Source of the DNA: Cenococcum geophilum
Taxonomy: Eukaryota
Direction: 5' to 3'
NCBI GenBank assembly: GCA_050273025.1
Contig: CP158635.1
Span: 248,001-312,000, forward strand
DNA length: 64,000 bases
Below the pieces are notes generated by a model, which made no database searches, was not told the origin of the DNA, and worked only from the letters and a program-made list of their open reading frames with translations. Below, piece after piece: positions 11,240-25,800 of the stretch; positions within the stretch are counted from its first letter, which is position 1; each line of letters opens with the position of its first letter. The translations under genes were made by a program, and so were the position numbers.

Positions 11240-14200
11240 TTTATTAATATTACCTAACCTAATCTCTTTTAATACTCCTGTACCTTTCCTATAGCGTTTT
11301 TTAGATTCTTTAATAGCTTCTAGGTAGTCTTATTATAGCCTATCTACTTTACTTTATATTATATTTTGTTGTTAATATCCTTATAACTAATAACTTTTAA
11401 AACTTGCTATTTATCTTCTTCTTATCCTCTATATATGTCTGCTTTATAAACCGGTGGCTTAATATTCCTATATACTAGCTCTAGCATCGCAATATACTAT
11501 ATAGGGTAGATTTTCATCTTAGCTAGTAGGTTTAACTTAAACGTAACCAGTAAAATCCTTTATTTAATTTTAAAAGGTCCTAGTCTAACGTAGTTTAACT
11601 TCTTGCTTAGTTATTAACTTTTAAAATTTTTGTATAGTAGCTATACTTTATCTCCCTCCTTAAGATCTAGTCCCTTAGATCTCTTAGCATTATAGTATTT
11701 TTTTATTCTTTACTATACTACTTTAGCTGTTTCTATAAGGTTCTTATAAAGATCCATTAATATCTTTATCTCTTTTTAGCTATATTACTTATCTTCTTTA
11801 CTTAACGTAGCGATAATAACGTTCTTAGCTTGTACCTATAATTCGCCTTAAATAGTAATATACTATAGTGTTGCATTATATATAAACTATATAACTAGTA
11901 GTAACAATACCTAATTATTCTACGCGTGATTAATATAGTGTTTTAGATACTATTCTATTATCTAATTTAATCTTTTTATTTAACCGTCTATCTACAGATA
12001 GTATGCGGTAAAAGTTACTACTCTAACTCCTTATTCTGCTAAAAATACCTCCTAAAATACTACTATAAATCTTAGATCTCTATCTAATATAATCTTACTT
12101 AATGCTCTATGTCTTATAAATACTTCCTTAATATAGATTCTAGCGACGTCTTCTACTAATATTTCTTCTGTATATACTATAAAATATCCCTACTTTATAA
12201 GCTTATCTACTATTACTAAGATTACGTTATAATCTTATCTGGTAATAGAGTTTCTTAACTTTAGTAACTTAATAATAAAGTCCTATAATATAGCCTCCTA
12301 TAGTCTCTTTAGTATTTTAATAGGTTGTAACCCTCTATATAGCTTATGCCTTATTAGTTTATTTCTCTAGCAATCTAGATATTCCTTTATAACTTTTCGC
12401 GCTAAGCCCTAAATCCCATTAATAATATACTTCTTTTAGAGTTTTAATACTAAGCCCATAGCTCTATTATATCCTTAAGTTAATCCCTTATAGAAATCTT
12501 CCATAAAGTGCTCTGCTATACTTCTTAGGATATACTTTACTTTCTAATTTTCGTATATATCTATTTATAAATCTTTTAGCTATACCTCTAAAATTCTTTA
12601 TACTTAAAAGCTTTTTAATAACTTATAAACTCTTTCTAGTTCCTCTTAAGTTACTATAATCTTTGGATAATTATATCTAATTAATCCGTCTATATCTTTC
12701 TGCAGTAAAGCCCCTAATAGCTTTTCGTTATTTTATAGTTTAGCCTTTTAACTTAGAGCATCCGCTCTTATATTGTCTATACCCTTAGTATACTAAATCT
12801 TAAAATAGTATTCTATAAGTATCTCTACCCATCTAACCTATCTCTAATTAAGTTTCTTTATTATTAAAAATCCTATTAGGTTCTTATAATCTATCTTAAC
12901 TATAAAAAGTTTCTCTATACCTTATAAGAATGCTCTCTATTTTTTTAATACTATAACTATTTCTAATAACTCTTTGTTATAGATATTATAGTTTAATTCT
13001 AGTAGTGTTATTTTTTTAACTATAGTATACCACTGGGTGCTATCTATTTTAATATTTCTGTATAAAGCACGCCCCTAGTATATAATCTAATACGTCCGTT
13101 TTTACGACCGTCTCTAATTCTAGTTAATAGATTTTAAGAACTAGCTCCTAGGTAAACAACTCTTTAACCTTTTTAAATAATTCTTTTTACTTTTCTCCCT
13201 ATACCTATAGTTCTTCTTTCTTTATTAATCGCATAAATGGTTTAATATCCTTTAACCATTACGCTATAAACCTTCTGCAGTAATTGTAAAACCCTAAAAA
13301 CAATCTTAACTATATAACATTCTCTAGTTCTTACTAATTTACTATAGCCTTGATCTTTTTAGGATCTATACTAAGTTAGCCTAGTTTAATAATAAATCTA
13401 ATAAAATTGGTCTTCCTAGTAAAGAACTTGCATTTCTTAATTGCTACTAGCATCTATTCTTCTTATAGTCTCTTTAAGACCCATTTAACGTATTCCCCGT
13501 ATTCTTCCTTAGTTATTAAGTAGATAATAATATTATTAAGATATACCATAATAAATTTATCTAAGTATTTTCCTAATACGTTATTAATACGCTTCTAGAA
13601 CATTATTAGTGCGTTTATAAGCCTAAATTATATAACTAATAGTTTATATAGTTCTTCCTTTAACCTAAAGGCTGCCTTTTATTTATTGCCTTCCTTAATC
13701 CTAATCTAATAGTACGCCTATCTTAGATCTATCTTTATAAAGATTTATGCGTTGCCTATTCTATCTTAGATTTCGCTAATTAAGGGTAAAGGATACTTAT
13801 CCTTTCTAGTAATGCTGTTTAACTACCTATAGTTAATACACAGCCTTAGTTTACCATTCTTCTTTAGTACGAACAGTACTAGATAACCTACTAATAATTG
13901 CGATGGTCTAATATATCCCTTTTATAAGTTTTCCTAAATAAACTCTTTTAATGCTCTACCTTCCTCTTTAGTAAGCTTATAGATTGGAAAGAACCTTAGA
14001 CTTATTTCTAGTTCTAATTCTATTTTATAGTCCTATACTATATACTCTAACAAATTCTTACTTTTTAATAACCATAGTTTCTTACTATACTTATGGTATT
14101 TCTTTAGTATATAGCTTAATCCTTTTTCCGTCTCTTTATAGGTTACTCCCATTTAATACTATACTAACTTAGCTTATTATCGTATCTTGCGTTATTAAGT

Positions 14201-14600
14201 ATCTTTTATATTAACCTAACCTATAATCTAATTAATCTTTAGATTGTATTCCTATAACTAAGGTATTCCTAGTACTGCCTTATTATTTCCTAATAGTAAT
14301 ATATTAAAAGGCATCTTAATTTATCTCCCTTTAATAGTTAACTAAATAGGTCCTATTTTAAGATTAATAATACCTCCTCCGTAGGCTATCGGATCTCCTA
14401 AAATTATCACTAATAGGTAAAAGTGCTCCTTTTTCCTATATAGTAATCCCATTCTTTTGACCGCTACTAGTAAGATATAGTTCCTTATTACTCTACTATC
14501 TATTAATGCTTTAAACTATTAATCTTGCCACTTAATTTATAAATTTAGGTATTGTCCTTAAATTCCTTTAAGGGTCTAAGGCTCTACTACTAGTTCCCTC
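11240..14600 (-). pseudogene. pol: pol relic of element A; ends approximate
   Basis: Minus-strand relics: LRLCI(D)YR ~13830-13850, KIDLR ~13725-13737, VYL(D)(D)IIIY ~13530, integrase and chromodomain. Confidence 0.85.
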
Positions 14601-17467
14601 TAATCCCGTATGCCTTTACTTTTCCTAACTACTAGCTATTTAATCCTATTTATACTTAGTCCTCCTTTAGCTAATACTTAGTTCGCTTTTTATCTTTAAT
14701 ATACTATAGACACGTATTCTTTAGGCATTCCTACTACTATTATCTATCTAGGTATTCTTCTATAAAGAATCATCCTAGCTAAAGTATTAAGTCCCCTAGG
14801 CTTTATACTTCTACTAGGTACCAACTATATATATACTTAGCGTTTTAATACTTTACCTTATCCGATGCCTAATATATCCTTACTAAGTACTTCCGGTTCT
14901 TATCTTTTAGTGCTCTATATATATTACACGTATTATCTACGTATACAATCTATACCAATATATAGCATACTTAGTGTCTTAGGTTAACTCTTAGCTTATT
15001 TTTATCTTTAAGTTTAACCCTTTTTTATGCTGATTTAAGCGTTATAACTTCGTTTGCAGGTACTAAGATTTGCCTTTTACTTCTCTAGTCCTCTAATTAC
15101 TCCTTTAAATCCTTTAACGTTATAATTAAGGATCCTTTAATATAACTTATAGCCTTCTCTATAATTGGGTAGTTTTAGATAACTTTCTTATCTATCTAGC
15201 TATATATAGAAATCTTCCCACTTATTATTATGTCGTTACCTATACCACTTTTAGTACAGCCCCTTAAGCGTATACGGCTTATCCGTAAGGAAGTATCTTC
15301 TTATTACTATATTATAATAGCCTTTTATATATTGTTCCTTAAACCTAGTTAGAATCTCTAAATCCTCTTCTTATTCTAGTTCGGTAAGCTACTTAGCTCT
15401 TAGTATACCTATCTTAGGCCTATTAGTGATTCTTTATATAGGTACTCTATCCCTTATATAACCTAGTATATTAAATCTTTTATCTAGTTTCTAATTTTGC
15501 TATAAGGTAATTCTTACTCTAAACTCCTCTATAGTTTCTTTCTTTTCGCGTCTTATAAGTAGATCTTTAAAGTCTTCTTACTTTTTAATCTTGTTAATAG
15601 TCCTTATTTATATCTCAAAGTCTAAGTCCTATAGGATTCTTAGTCCTAAGCTGGCTTCTATTTTAAGCTTTGCTCCTACCTTAGTTTAACTAGGCTTAGG
15701 TGTTCTTATCTCGTCTTAAGAGTCTTAAATCTCACTTATCTTGTCTTAAGAGTCTTATGCCTATAGAAAACTCTATCCTAAGCTTATTTGTATGTCTTTA
15801 AACTAAGCTATTACCCTACTCTATCGGTTTTTATCTGTTATAGGTCCTTAGGTATACCTTATCTTATCTTAGGAATCTTAGTCATCTCTTATCTTATCTT
15901 AAGAATCTTAAGCCTTTAACCTTTTGCCTTTATTAAGCGATAAATTAGCACTAGCAGTCTTCTACTTACTTAATCTCTATAAGATACTCTTCCTTTTATC
16001 TTATAAAGCGATAGATACCGTATCTAACGGTATTATAATGCCTGTTACTAAACCTTACTCTATAGCGGTCTTAGTCTCTACTTCTAATATAACTTCTTTA
16101 AGGTTTGCACATTCCTAGTAAGCTGCCTTTATTGCCTTATTATCTGCAAATATTTCGCCTATATTAAAGTTATCGTCCTTAATATCCGATCTGCGAACTA
16201 GTTTATTAGTTCCCCTATACTCTAAGGATTTTAGCTCTTATAGCTAATAGCTTACGCCATACTTAGCGCCTTTATAAATTTGGTATGCGTTATTATAATA
16301 AAACGCGAAACTTTTAATTAAACATTCCTTTGTTTCTTGCAGTATACTATTATCCCTCTATACGTGTATATCTTCTATAGGTCTAGTTCCCTTTATTATA
16401 TAGTAACTCTAACCATCTTTATAATCCCTTATAAAGTAACCTTATTTCCCGCAATTTATATAAGCTCCGTTTTTAAACCACTAACTTTGCTATAGAGTCC
16501 GCCTAAATATCTTCTACTACTAAGATCCCTAATTTAGCCTCTGCTCCTTAGTCCTATAATTACTAGATCCTTAATCTCTAGGTTTTTATAATTTCTTACT
16601 CTATGTTTTATAGGCTTCTTTAGTACTACTTAGGTCTATTAGATTTACGCCATACTATAGTTTTTAACTTAGCTTTAGTTATTATGTACTCTACGCCTTA
16701 TAAAACTATAAAACTCTATTCTAACTTCTCTTAGCCTGTTCCCTTTAGTAGATCTAATTATTAATCTTAATTACTTAATCTATTAACTCCCGTAGGGTAT
16801 CTATATCTTCTATTAAAATAATTACGTCCTAGACTTTATCCTTAAGTCCCTGCTTATACTATACCATAAGCGCCTTATTATTCCACTTAACTTATATAGC
16901 TAGCGTCTGGAACTGCGTTATATACTTAATTGCTAAGGTTTGTTATATAATGTCTTAGAGTTTTCTTTCTACTATAGTTACTGCCTCTAGGTCTCTAAAT
17001 ATTTATATAAGTCGCTCTATAAACCCCTCCTAGCTTAAAAACATGGATCGTACCTCTTAATTAGTGGTTATTATTCCGTTTGCTTATATTTCCGTAAGGT
17101 AAGGCTTAAACTACTTAAGTGCCCTTTTTAATAGGAATAGTCCCGTATATACTATTTAATCTATAGGTATTAGCAGTTTCGCCCCTTCTTATATAACTTT
17201 AAAGTGCATTTAGGTAAGAAACCCCTTAAGCTTTAATCTTTCTCCTAAGTACCTTTTAATTAATAGCAACTTAATCTTTGCTACTTCTATCCTATTAACC
17301 CTTTCTTCCAGTACCGCATTGTTTGTTATTAATTAGTTAACTATTTCTTATAGCTGTCCGACCGTTATAGGTTACTATAAGTTAGTATCTACTATACTAG
17401 TATCGCCTCCTAACCTTAAGGTAGTTGCCGCCGTTAATAGCGTTATAGTGGCTGCTTTTAGTAGCAT
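14560..17467 (-). pseudogene. gag: Long gag-region relic of element A; 3' end approximate
   Basis: ATG at 17465-17467 close to the 5' LTR; retrotransposon-gag-like YKQGLKDKV (~16833-16860); CCHC-like relic near 16420-16460. Confidence 0.65.
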
Positions 17468-17525
17468 ATTGTTTAACTTTCTATATTTAATACCGTAACT
17501 AGGTAGTAATTATATAACGGAACCT

Positions 17526-17936
17526 TGTAGCAAGTACTATAATAGGCTCGTTATTAGGCTAGGTGTATAGGTAATATAAATTAAAGTTAACAACGTAATA
17601 ATAACTAGTAGAGTGGTTGCCTAACAGATTAACTTTAATTATATTCTAAGAATTACTATAAGGAAGGAACTATCTAGGTAGGGACTAAGGGTCCTTAAAT
17701 ATATAACCGTACTTCTATAAAATCCTTCTTATATATAATATACGTGTGCTCTATTTACTCTATTATGGATTATATAGATTTTATAGATTATATAGATTAC
17801 GTTACGTAACCTTAGTTACTATTCCTCATTATATAGCTCTATCAGCTCCATTTTAGACCGTGCTTATATTAACCAACTAGCTTCTTCTAACTCTTCTCTA
17901 AGTAGTCGTAATATCGTACTTAAAGCGTCCGTAACA
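17526..17936 (-). repeat. 5' LTR of element A
   Basis: Direct repeat of 4103-4513; TG...CA ends. Confidence 0.95.
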
Positions 17937-18462
17937 TTTAGGATAGAATCCCCCTTCTACTAAATACCCGCTTTATATTAGTTCTTTGCCTACCTTATAC
18001 ATCCTTATCCTAGCTATTTATTCCTTATTCCCGCTCTTTATAAGATCCTAAGGTAGCTTACGCGGTATTTTAGGTTTAATATTTAATTAGTTTGCAGGAT
18101 CCTAAGGCCTATTTAGTGTCTTAGGTTAACTATTTAATTAGCTTACCTCTTATTACGCTAAAACTTAAATAAGTATTTATATTAACTATTTATAACTAAA
18201 ACTAACCAGATAGAATTATGCCCTAGCATTATACCTTAGGGAAATTACTCTTAATAGCCTATAATATACGCCACTAAAAAACCTTATTACGTATTAGGGA
18301 TATCTTTACTTCTTATAGCCCGTCTACTATATAAGTTTAAACCTTTTTTTAAATAGGTAGAGGAACCTATATCTAAGAATTATGGGTTTTAGTAAGATCC
18401 TTAGCTTCCTTACGTAATAAGAAATACCTAGTATTAACTAATACTTTACAGTGCGCACAATA

Positions 18463-18743
18463 TCCCTTAGCCCGTCAATTCGCGTCTAACGGTTATTAAT
18501 AAGAACTAGCCAATTAATTGTACTGGATTTAACGCCTATACTAGGGGGTATAGGGCTTTAGTTTTGTAGTAATTTAATATACGCACCTAGTTTTAGGAGT
18601 TAAGTCGCTTGATATAAAGTTACTAGCACTTATCTTTTCTGCGGAACTGTATTTTGCATTATAGTAGGTAGGTATACGCGTTGTTTCGAAACTAGTGTTT
18701 GCGCACAGACTACTTACTTGTTGGACGCTAACGGGCTAAGGGA
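18463..18743. mobile_element. Putative MITE with TIRs TCCCTTAGCCCGT(C/T)A and TA flanks
   Basis: TA-TCCCTTAGCCCGTCA at 18461-18477 and TAACGGGCTAAGGGA-TA at 18729-18745; no coding capacity. Confidence 0.65.
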
Positions 18744-19135
18744 TATAGCTTACTAAGAAGTATTTCCATTTATTATCTATATATCCTATAGCGGTATATA
18801 TATCTAAGCTAAACTTATAAAACATAGTGGCGTTAAAATAGAAAATTAGGACGATATAATATAACTTAAATAGGGTTATAAGATAAAGACCCAACCGTTC
18901 CAACTAATTATATCACTTTAACTAATTTAACTATTCTAACCATTCTAACCGTTCTAAACTAGTATAACCCGCTTAATATCCCCGGACGCCACTAATAAAG
19001 CCTTAAGTTAGTGTAAACATCCTACCCCTAGCAACTTTTGCCTTAATATGCCTTCCTATATCTCTAATGCTTCTAGATAAGGGAGAACTAAGCTATAGAG
19101 GTTAAGATGCCAATTATAGCTCCATAACAATACGA

Positions 19136-19208
19136 GCGTTAAATTTAGCTTAATTAATTGGCTAGTTCTTATTTATAACTATTAAACGCGAATTAATGGG
19201 TTAAGGGA
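19136..19208 (-). repeat. Inverted partial copy (~75 bp) of the MITE left end
   Basis: Reverse complement matches 18463-~18537 and ends ...AAGGGA-TA. Confidence 0.8.
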
Positions 19209-19867
19209 TAACTGCGGTTTTAATATAAAATGCTCTTAACTAGTTACTATAAACGCCACAAACATTATAACAGATACTACCCTAGCTTAAGTACTAGCGT
19301 AAAGAAGCGGATACTTAAACGACTTTAAATATTAAAGTTTCTATGTCTAATCCTATTACTTTCCTATAATTTATAATTCTAAAAACCTATATATTCTAAT
19401 AAAAATATTACCGTAAACGTTATAATATATACCTACTACCTTATATTAGAGGATTTCTTTAGAGGTTAAATAATTTACTTACTAAGAGGTAATAATCCGT
19501 CTAAGGCAAGGCAAGAAGAATTATACTTACTATAGCTAAAAAAAAAAGCTAATAGTTGCACTAAGTATAATTATCCGCGATACTTTATCTAACTAGATTT
19601 GTTTTACTATAACCTAAAAAGATATATTACAGTCTAGACGCGTACGCCACTCCCCCTCTATAATAAGTTAGGCTGTAGTAAATAAAACCTATACTAAGAC
19701 GCTTTCTAAAGCTATTAAGGCGCGTACTAAAAGTCGGCTTAATATTATGAATAATAGCACTATACTAGAAGGCTGGAGTAGGGAAGGGAATAAAATAGCG
19801 ATAATAAGCACCTAGTATGCTAAATAGGGGCTTTAGTAGTATTACTTATAGGGGTTCTATAGACTTA

Positions 19868-22800
19868 TATATAATTACAGCACCTAGTATACAAACGCGT
19901 ATTTACGCGTTCGGTGTACTAACTACCTATATGCTAACTAATTAGGGGGGAGGCGCGTTAGTATATAGACCACGTAGTCTACCTTAATAGAATTAACAGT
20001 TACCACCATCCTAAAGAGCATACGATACTATACGTATTTCGTGCCCTGGGATATAACTTACTTATACTATTAAGTTAGTATAAACACTGATTAGTAAGCG
20101 CGCATAGATTAGCAATTACTTAATACCTTCCCCCAAGCAATATACGACAGCGACTACCTGTTTAGACTCCTAGTATGACCTACTAAAAGGTTGGAAGCCG
20201 GGGATTACAGAACTATTACTAACTCTATATACTTATTTAAGTCTTAGTACGGTTTACTAAAAGTTTATAGATGTAAATACAGACCCTTACGGAACCCCCT
20301 ATTCTTAACCCCCTTAAACCTTTAACCCCTCCGGACCTTTTACGGAAACCCTTTACCCTCCTATAAACTATTACGGACCTATTAATTGCCTTTACGGACC
20401 ATTATAAGACCTCTTAAACTATTACAGACCTATTAATCGATTTTACAGACCGTTATAAGACCTCCCCTACCCGTTACAAGCTACTACCACCCGCTACGTA
20501 CTATACTATATAGTATAGCAGACACAAGCAAGTAGATTAATAAAGGTTAAGAGAAATAGAGACAAGGAGTTGACCTTATATCTATAACTAACGTTAACAA
20601 CTATATTAAGTACAAAATCCTTAAATACGGATATTTTAAGCTTATAAATAACGACCTATGGGAGTAATATAAGGAAGACTTTATGGACTTTATAGAAGAT
20701 ATTCTTAAAGCTTATAACTTACGAACCCTTTTACGTCACTAAGGTATATAGGTTAAAAAGGATAAACAAGTTACTATTATATGGTCCTTATATAATATAA
20801 TATAAAAGGAGGACTAAACGGAATAGGCTAAAGAGGAAATCCTAAACTAGGTTAAGGTTACTAATAAACTCTTTACTTCTCCTAAACTTAATAGCATTGC
20901 TAGCCTTATATCTAACCTACTTAACTAAATTCGTCCTATAAACCTAAGTAATTTTAGAATTAATCTTACGGGCTAAAGTATACCTAGTACTTAAGTTACG
21001 GACCGTAATACCCCCGTAAACCAAAATATGGACTAAAACTCTCCTGTCGCCTAAGCTATAGATCTATAACCTACCTAAGTTATAAATCTATAACCTACTT
21101 AAGTAAAGACCTATAGTAAGGAGCTAGCTAACTTAGCTAAGCTCTATACTAACGAATCTAAGTATAGCAGTGAAAACGATAACTTTAACTTTAAACTTAC
21201 TATCTTTACGGACCTCTATTGGAAGGCTAATATTCCTAAATAGGAATTTAGCCAAGCCTATTCCACTATACTACGCGGCCTAGCCCTTAACTATTACTAC
21301 ACTAACCTTAAAAGCAACCCCCTTAGTGTTCCCTTTAATAAACTATATAAAGCCATACGCAATTACTTTAAAGGACTAGAATATAAGCGTAATATCTTTA
21401 CCTAATAGAATGCAACTAATTTACGGACCGTAATGGACAAGAACACTAAAAAATCAACTATAAAATGCCTGTAAATCCTTATTAAAGACCTCCGCTACCT
21501 ATAGCACGGTCTTAATATTAAGCTTTAAATAGACGACTTCTTATATAATAAACTTATTATAGCTTGCTAGGAAATAGAACCCTATAAATACGCCTATTAT
21601 AAGCCCGTAGATACTATAGCTGGCCTTATTAACGATTTACGGTCCTTTATTATAATGTATAAAGCCTTAAACCCGCTAGGTAGTACTTAAGCCTTTATTA
21701 TAGACCTGTAAAACCCGTAAACTAACTTAGACGCCTACTTTACGGACCGCCGCTACCGCCGGCAGTATCCGTACCGACTAAGTCCCACCCATAACCCCCG
21801 CAGTAACTCCTGTATAAAAGTATACCCCTATAGACAAACTAGCTAAAAGTGCTTTATATACGGTAAGGAAGGATATTAGTTTATAAAGTATACCTAAAAA
21901 GAACGTAATAAGTCTAAGAAGAGATTTAACAATTGGATTAACTAGTTTATCTTAGACTATAAAGGAAAGGAAGCGGAGGAGTCTCTTAATAAGTTAATAG
22001 AAGCCCTTATAATTGACTTTAACTTAAATACTTAAAAATAAAAGACCTTAGAGATATTCTTAACTACTTACGGACCTTTTATGGATAGCTAAGCCTTTAA
22101 TATTACGACCGTATTAGCCGACTATTCCTTTATACACTTAGTTACGCCTAAAAACTATTCCGTAAGCACCCCCGTTACGGACATTATAGATTATAAGCAG
22201 GACCTATTTGCATATATTACCATAGAACGCTATACCCCTAAGGAATTCTACAGTGTTATAATTAATATAGGTGCCTCTAAGAAGTCTACTATAGGTTACG
22301 GATAATACCTTGTATATAGGAATACTATAAATAATAATACAGACATTAATGTTACGTAAACTAGGGCCATAAACGTCTAGTTTGGTATTGGCTTAACCGT
22401 ATTAATTAGATTAGTAGCAGTTAAGACTCTAATTAGCCTAGTTAACTTCTACGTAGTAAAAGCAGACACCTCTTTCCTACTCTGCCTTATGGATATAGAT
22501 AGGTTATAGGTATACTATAATAATATTACGGACACCCTAATTGGCCCTATAACTGCCCTAGGAAGCAAGCACATTACCCTACTAATTATACAACAATTCG
22601 GACACCCGTTCCTTATATAGGGAGAGACTTTACAAACCTACATTTAGGAATCTTTTAACTATAACCCGTACTACCTTACCAGTACTAAGATCCACCGCCT
22701 ATACCGCCGTTTTAGCTACCTATTAGCCGAAAAGCTATATAAAGTCCTTAAACGCTCTAGATATAACAACGTTAATAGGAAGGCAATTAACCACCTAACT

Positions 22801-25800
22801 AAATACTGCTCCTTCTACCAGAAATACAGACGTTCCCTAGGCCGATTTAAGTTTACTCTTTATAAAGACCTTAATTTTAACCACTTAGTGTACGTAGACA
22901 TTATATATATTAATGGCAGCCCAGTATTATATATAATTAACGAGGTAACCCGCTATTAAGCCGCCCGTTAGTTATAAAATATATCCGTAAAATATACTTA
23001 GGATATTTTATGGACCTGCTAGATTAACACATACGTTAGACCCCCTAAGTATATTACCTATAACACTAGTAGGAACTTTATTAGTAAGGAGTTCCAATAG
23101 TATACTACGGCCATAGCTATTTTAACAAAAGCCGTTCCAGTTAAGGCGCATTAGTCTATTAGGCTTATTAAGTAAGCTTACCTAGCTTTACGGAGAGCTT
23201 ACTAGATTATTATAAACGAGTGTAAGAACATTTAAAAGGAACTAGCTTTATAGATAGCCGTAAAAGCCATTAATAACACCGCTGGCCCTAACGGACTAGT
23301 ACCTACCCTCTTAGTTTACGGAGCTTACCTAAGAATAAGTAACCTAGGCCCTCCTACCCTATCTATTATAGAATGAGCAGCTGTAATATGGAAGGTAATA
23401 GCTAAAATAGTTAAATTACGGGCTAAACAAACTGTTAATAACGCTCTATACTACCGCAACGGACCTAATATAACCCTAGTATATAACCTTCCGCTTAATT
23501 CTAAAGTCCTTATATAGCGTAAGAGCGGCAACTAGACTAGACCTTATTGTTTACTAGCCGTAGAAAACGAGACGTACTACGTATAGCTTCCTAGCGGGCT
23601 AACTAGCTTCAGAAGCACGTCCGTAAAACCCTACTTTCGGCCTAAAAATACCTATAACGCTAAACCAGACAAACCAGAAGCGACTGCCAAATTAGACAAA
23701 CTAGAAGCACCCTTACCTACCCTAGAAGTCCCCTAGAAACCTACTAAACCTACTAAACCTACTATAAAGCGTGGCCGAGGACGCCCCTAAAAGCACCCTA
23801 TAACTAAGAACCCCATAATAAAGAATTACCTAACCTCTACAGGAATATCCGCAAGGCAATCTCCGCCTGCAGATATATTAGTTCTAGTATAGGAAACCCC
23901 TTTTATAGACTTACGACGCAAAGAGATTAACAGACTACTTAAGAAGGGCGTCTTTACGGTTATAATGGAGAAAGACATTCCGTAAGGCGTCCGTATATTT
24001 AACTTACGCTTTATTAATAAAATTAAGCACCCTAGTACTAATAAAACCTTTAAAAAGTCAAGGCTTATTATATAAGCTTATAACGACTAGGGAAAGGACT
24101 TAGTCCTTATATAATCGCCTATAATTTAACGGGTCAGTTAATAGATTATACTTGTGCTTACGCCTAGACTACAGTAAACTAAACCTATAGCCCTTTATTT
24201 ACGGGACATCTTATAAGCCTACGTACAGTCTAATATCTACCTAAGTAGGGACATCTTTATACAACTACCGCTTAAGCTTAATTTATAACCAAAAACAATT
24301 TTATAGGTTATAAAACCACTTTACGGAGTACTAGAAGCTAGAAACCACTGGTTTAAGATGTACTACTAGTACTACATCCGTAAACTTAGGATAGAGCAGT
24401 TAACCTATAACCCCTACCTCCTATACACCCTATTAAACGGCCTTGGTATTATTAGACTCTAAACAGATAATACTCTCTTTTTAGCGGACTAGACTTTTAT
24501 AAATGCTAAAGAAACCGAACTCTAAGAAGCTAAGTTCCTAGTAAAGCCGCGAGAGCAGTTAACTAAGTAAACTCCGATTAAGTTTAACGGAGGCTTAATT
24601 ACATAAAAGGGTAATTTAATCTAGCTAACTTAGGAACGCCAAGCTTAAAACCTAAAGCCCGTTATAGTAAAGCCTACGGACCTTATTAGTTCCCATAAAG
24701 AGACCTATAAGACCGTAAATATAAAGGATTAATACGCTGTATAGCGTGCAAGAGGCGCCTATATAGCCATAGTCTACCAACCTAAATCTATCTACGACTT
24801 ATCCTTTACGGCCTAGGCAGTAGATCCGTAAGAAGAAAATATTAAGCAGCTTAATAAGCGCATTTAATAGCAAATTAATAACGCGATAAGAGGACTTACT
24901 TTTATACCACTAGACCTAAATTCCCTTAGCATAATAGTATTTACGGACGCCTCCTTTGCTAATAACAAAGACCTATTATCATAAATCGGCTTTATAATTG
25001 TGCTTACGGACCGCAATTAGGACGCAAATATACTGTACTAGTCTTTAATTAAGTGTAAACGAGTAACCCGTAGTATACTAGCTTCTAAACTATATATACT
25101 AGCTTATAGCTTTAATATAGCAGCCGTAATTAAATTAACGGTTCAGAAGATTCTATAACTAGAGTAGTTACCCCTAGTTTTATGTACCAATTTATAAGTC
25201 CCTCTACGACTACCTAGTTAAACTAGGTATAATATAAGAGAAGAGGCTTATAGTCGACCTAATGTGCTTACGTTAGGCCTATAAACAACGTAAAATTACA
25301 GAGGTTAAATGGATCAGCAGCGGAGACAATCTAGCAGACGCTATAACTAAGGCAAAGCCGTGTTAAGCCCTTAAAACCCTAATTAATATAAATAAGCTTA
25401 ACCTAAAGGTTATAAAATAGGTAGAGCGAGACTAACGGAGTATTTACGGTTTAGTTACGGCCCGCCGAAAGGCTGTATAGTTTATTTACGGCCCGCCAAA
25501 GGGCCGTATAGTTTATTTTACGGACCGTAAGTAGGACTTACGGCTAGCCTAGAGCACCGTTTGGAAGGCAGCCCAGAAGGCACCTTAGGAGGGATTTCCT
25601 ATATATTTCCTTACGTGTTTTATAGTTTTATTAAGGCAATTACGGAGGCTATATATAAGTGGTTTTATTTTCTAAATACCGCTAGTATATAATTATAGCA
25701 CCTAGTATACGAACGCGTATTTACGCGTTTGGTATACTAACCACCTACGTGCTAACTAATTAGGGGGGAGGCGCGTCAGTATATAGACTACGTAGTCTAC

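Larger units (their letters stand above)
4103..17936 (-). mobile_element. Element A: Ty3/Gypsy chromovirus-type LTR retrotransposon, RIP-degraded, interrupted by element B
   Basis: 411-bp direct repeats TGTAG...TAACA at 4103-4513 and 17526-17936; polypurine tract (PPT) at 4514-4530 (minus: AAAGAGGGAGGAGATGA). Minus-strand relics include RT VYL(D)(D)IIIY at ~13521-13547, integrase, and a chromodomain (YKVKWTGY..TTWE) at ~11290-11400. Flanks do not form a TSD. Confidence 0.93.

Noticed and set aside
4403..16118. ORF-track calls 4403-4594, 13984-14172 and 15924-16118
   Set aside because: They lie in an LTR or antisense to element A's genes; the I/L/S/Y-rich composition is what RIPed DNA yields by chance.
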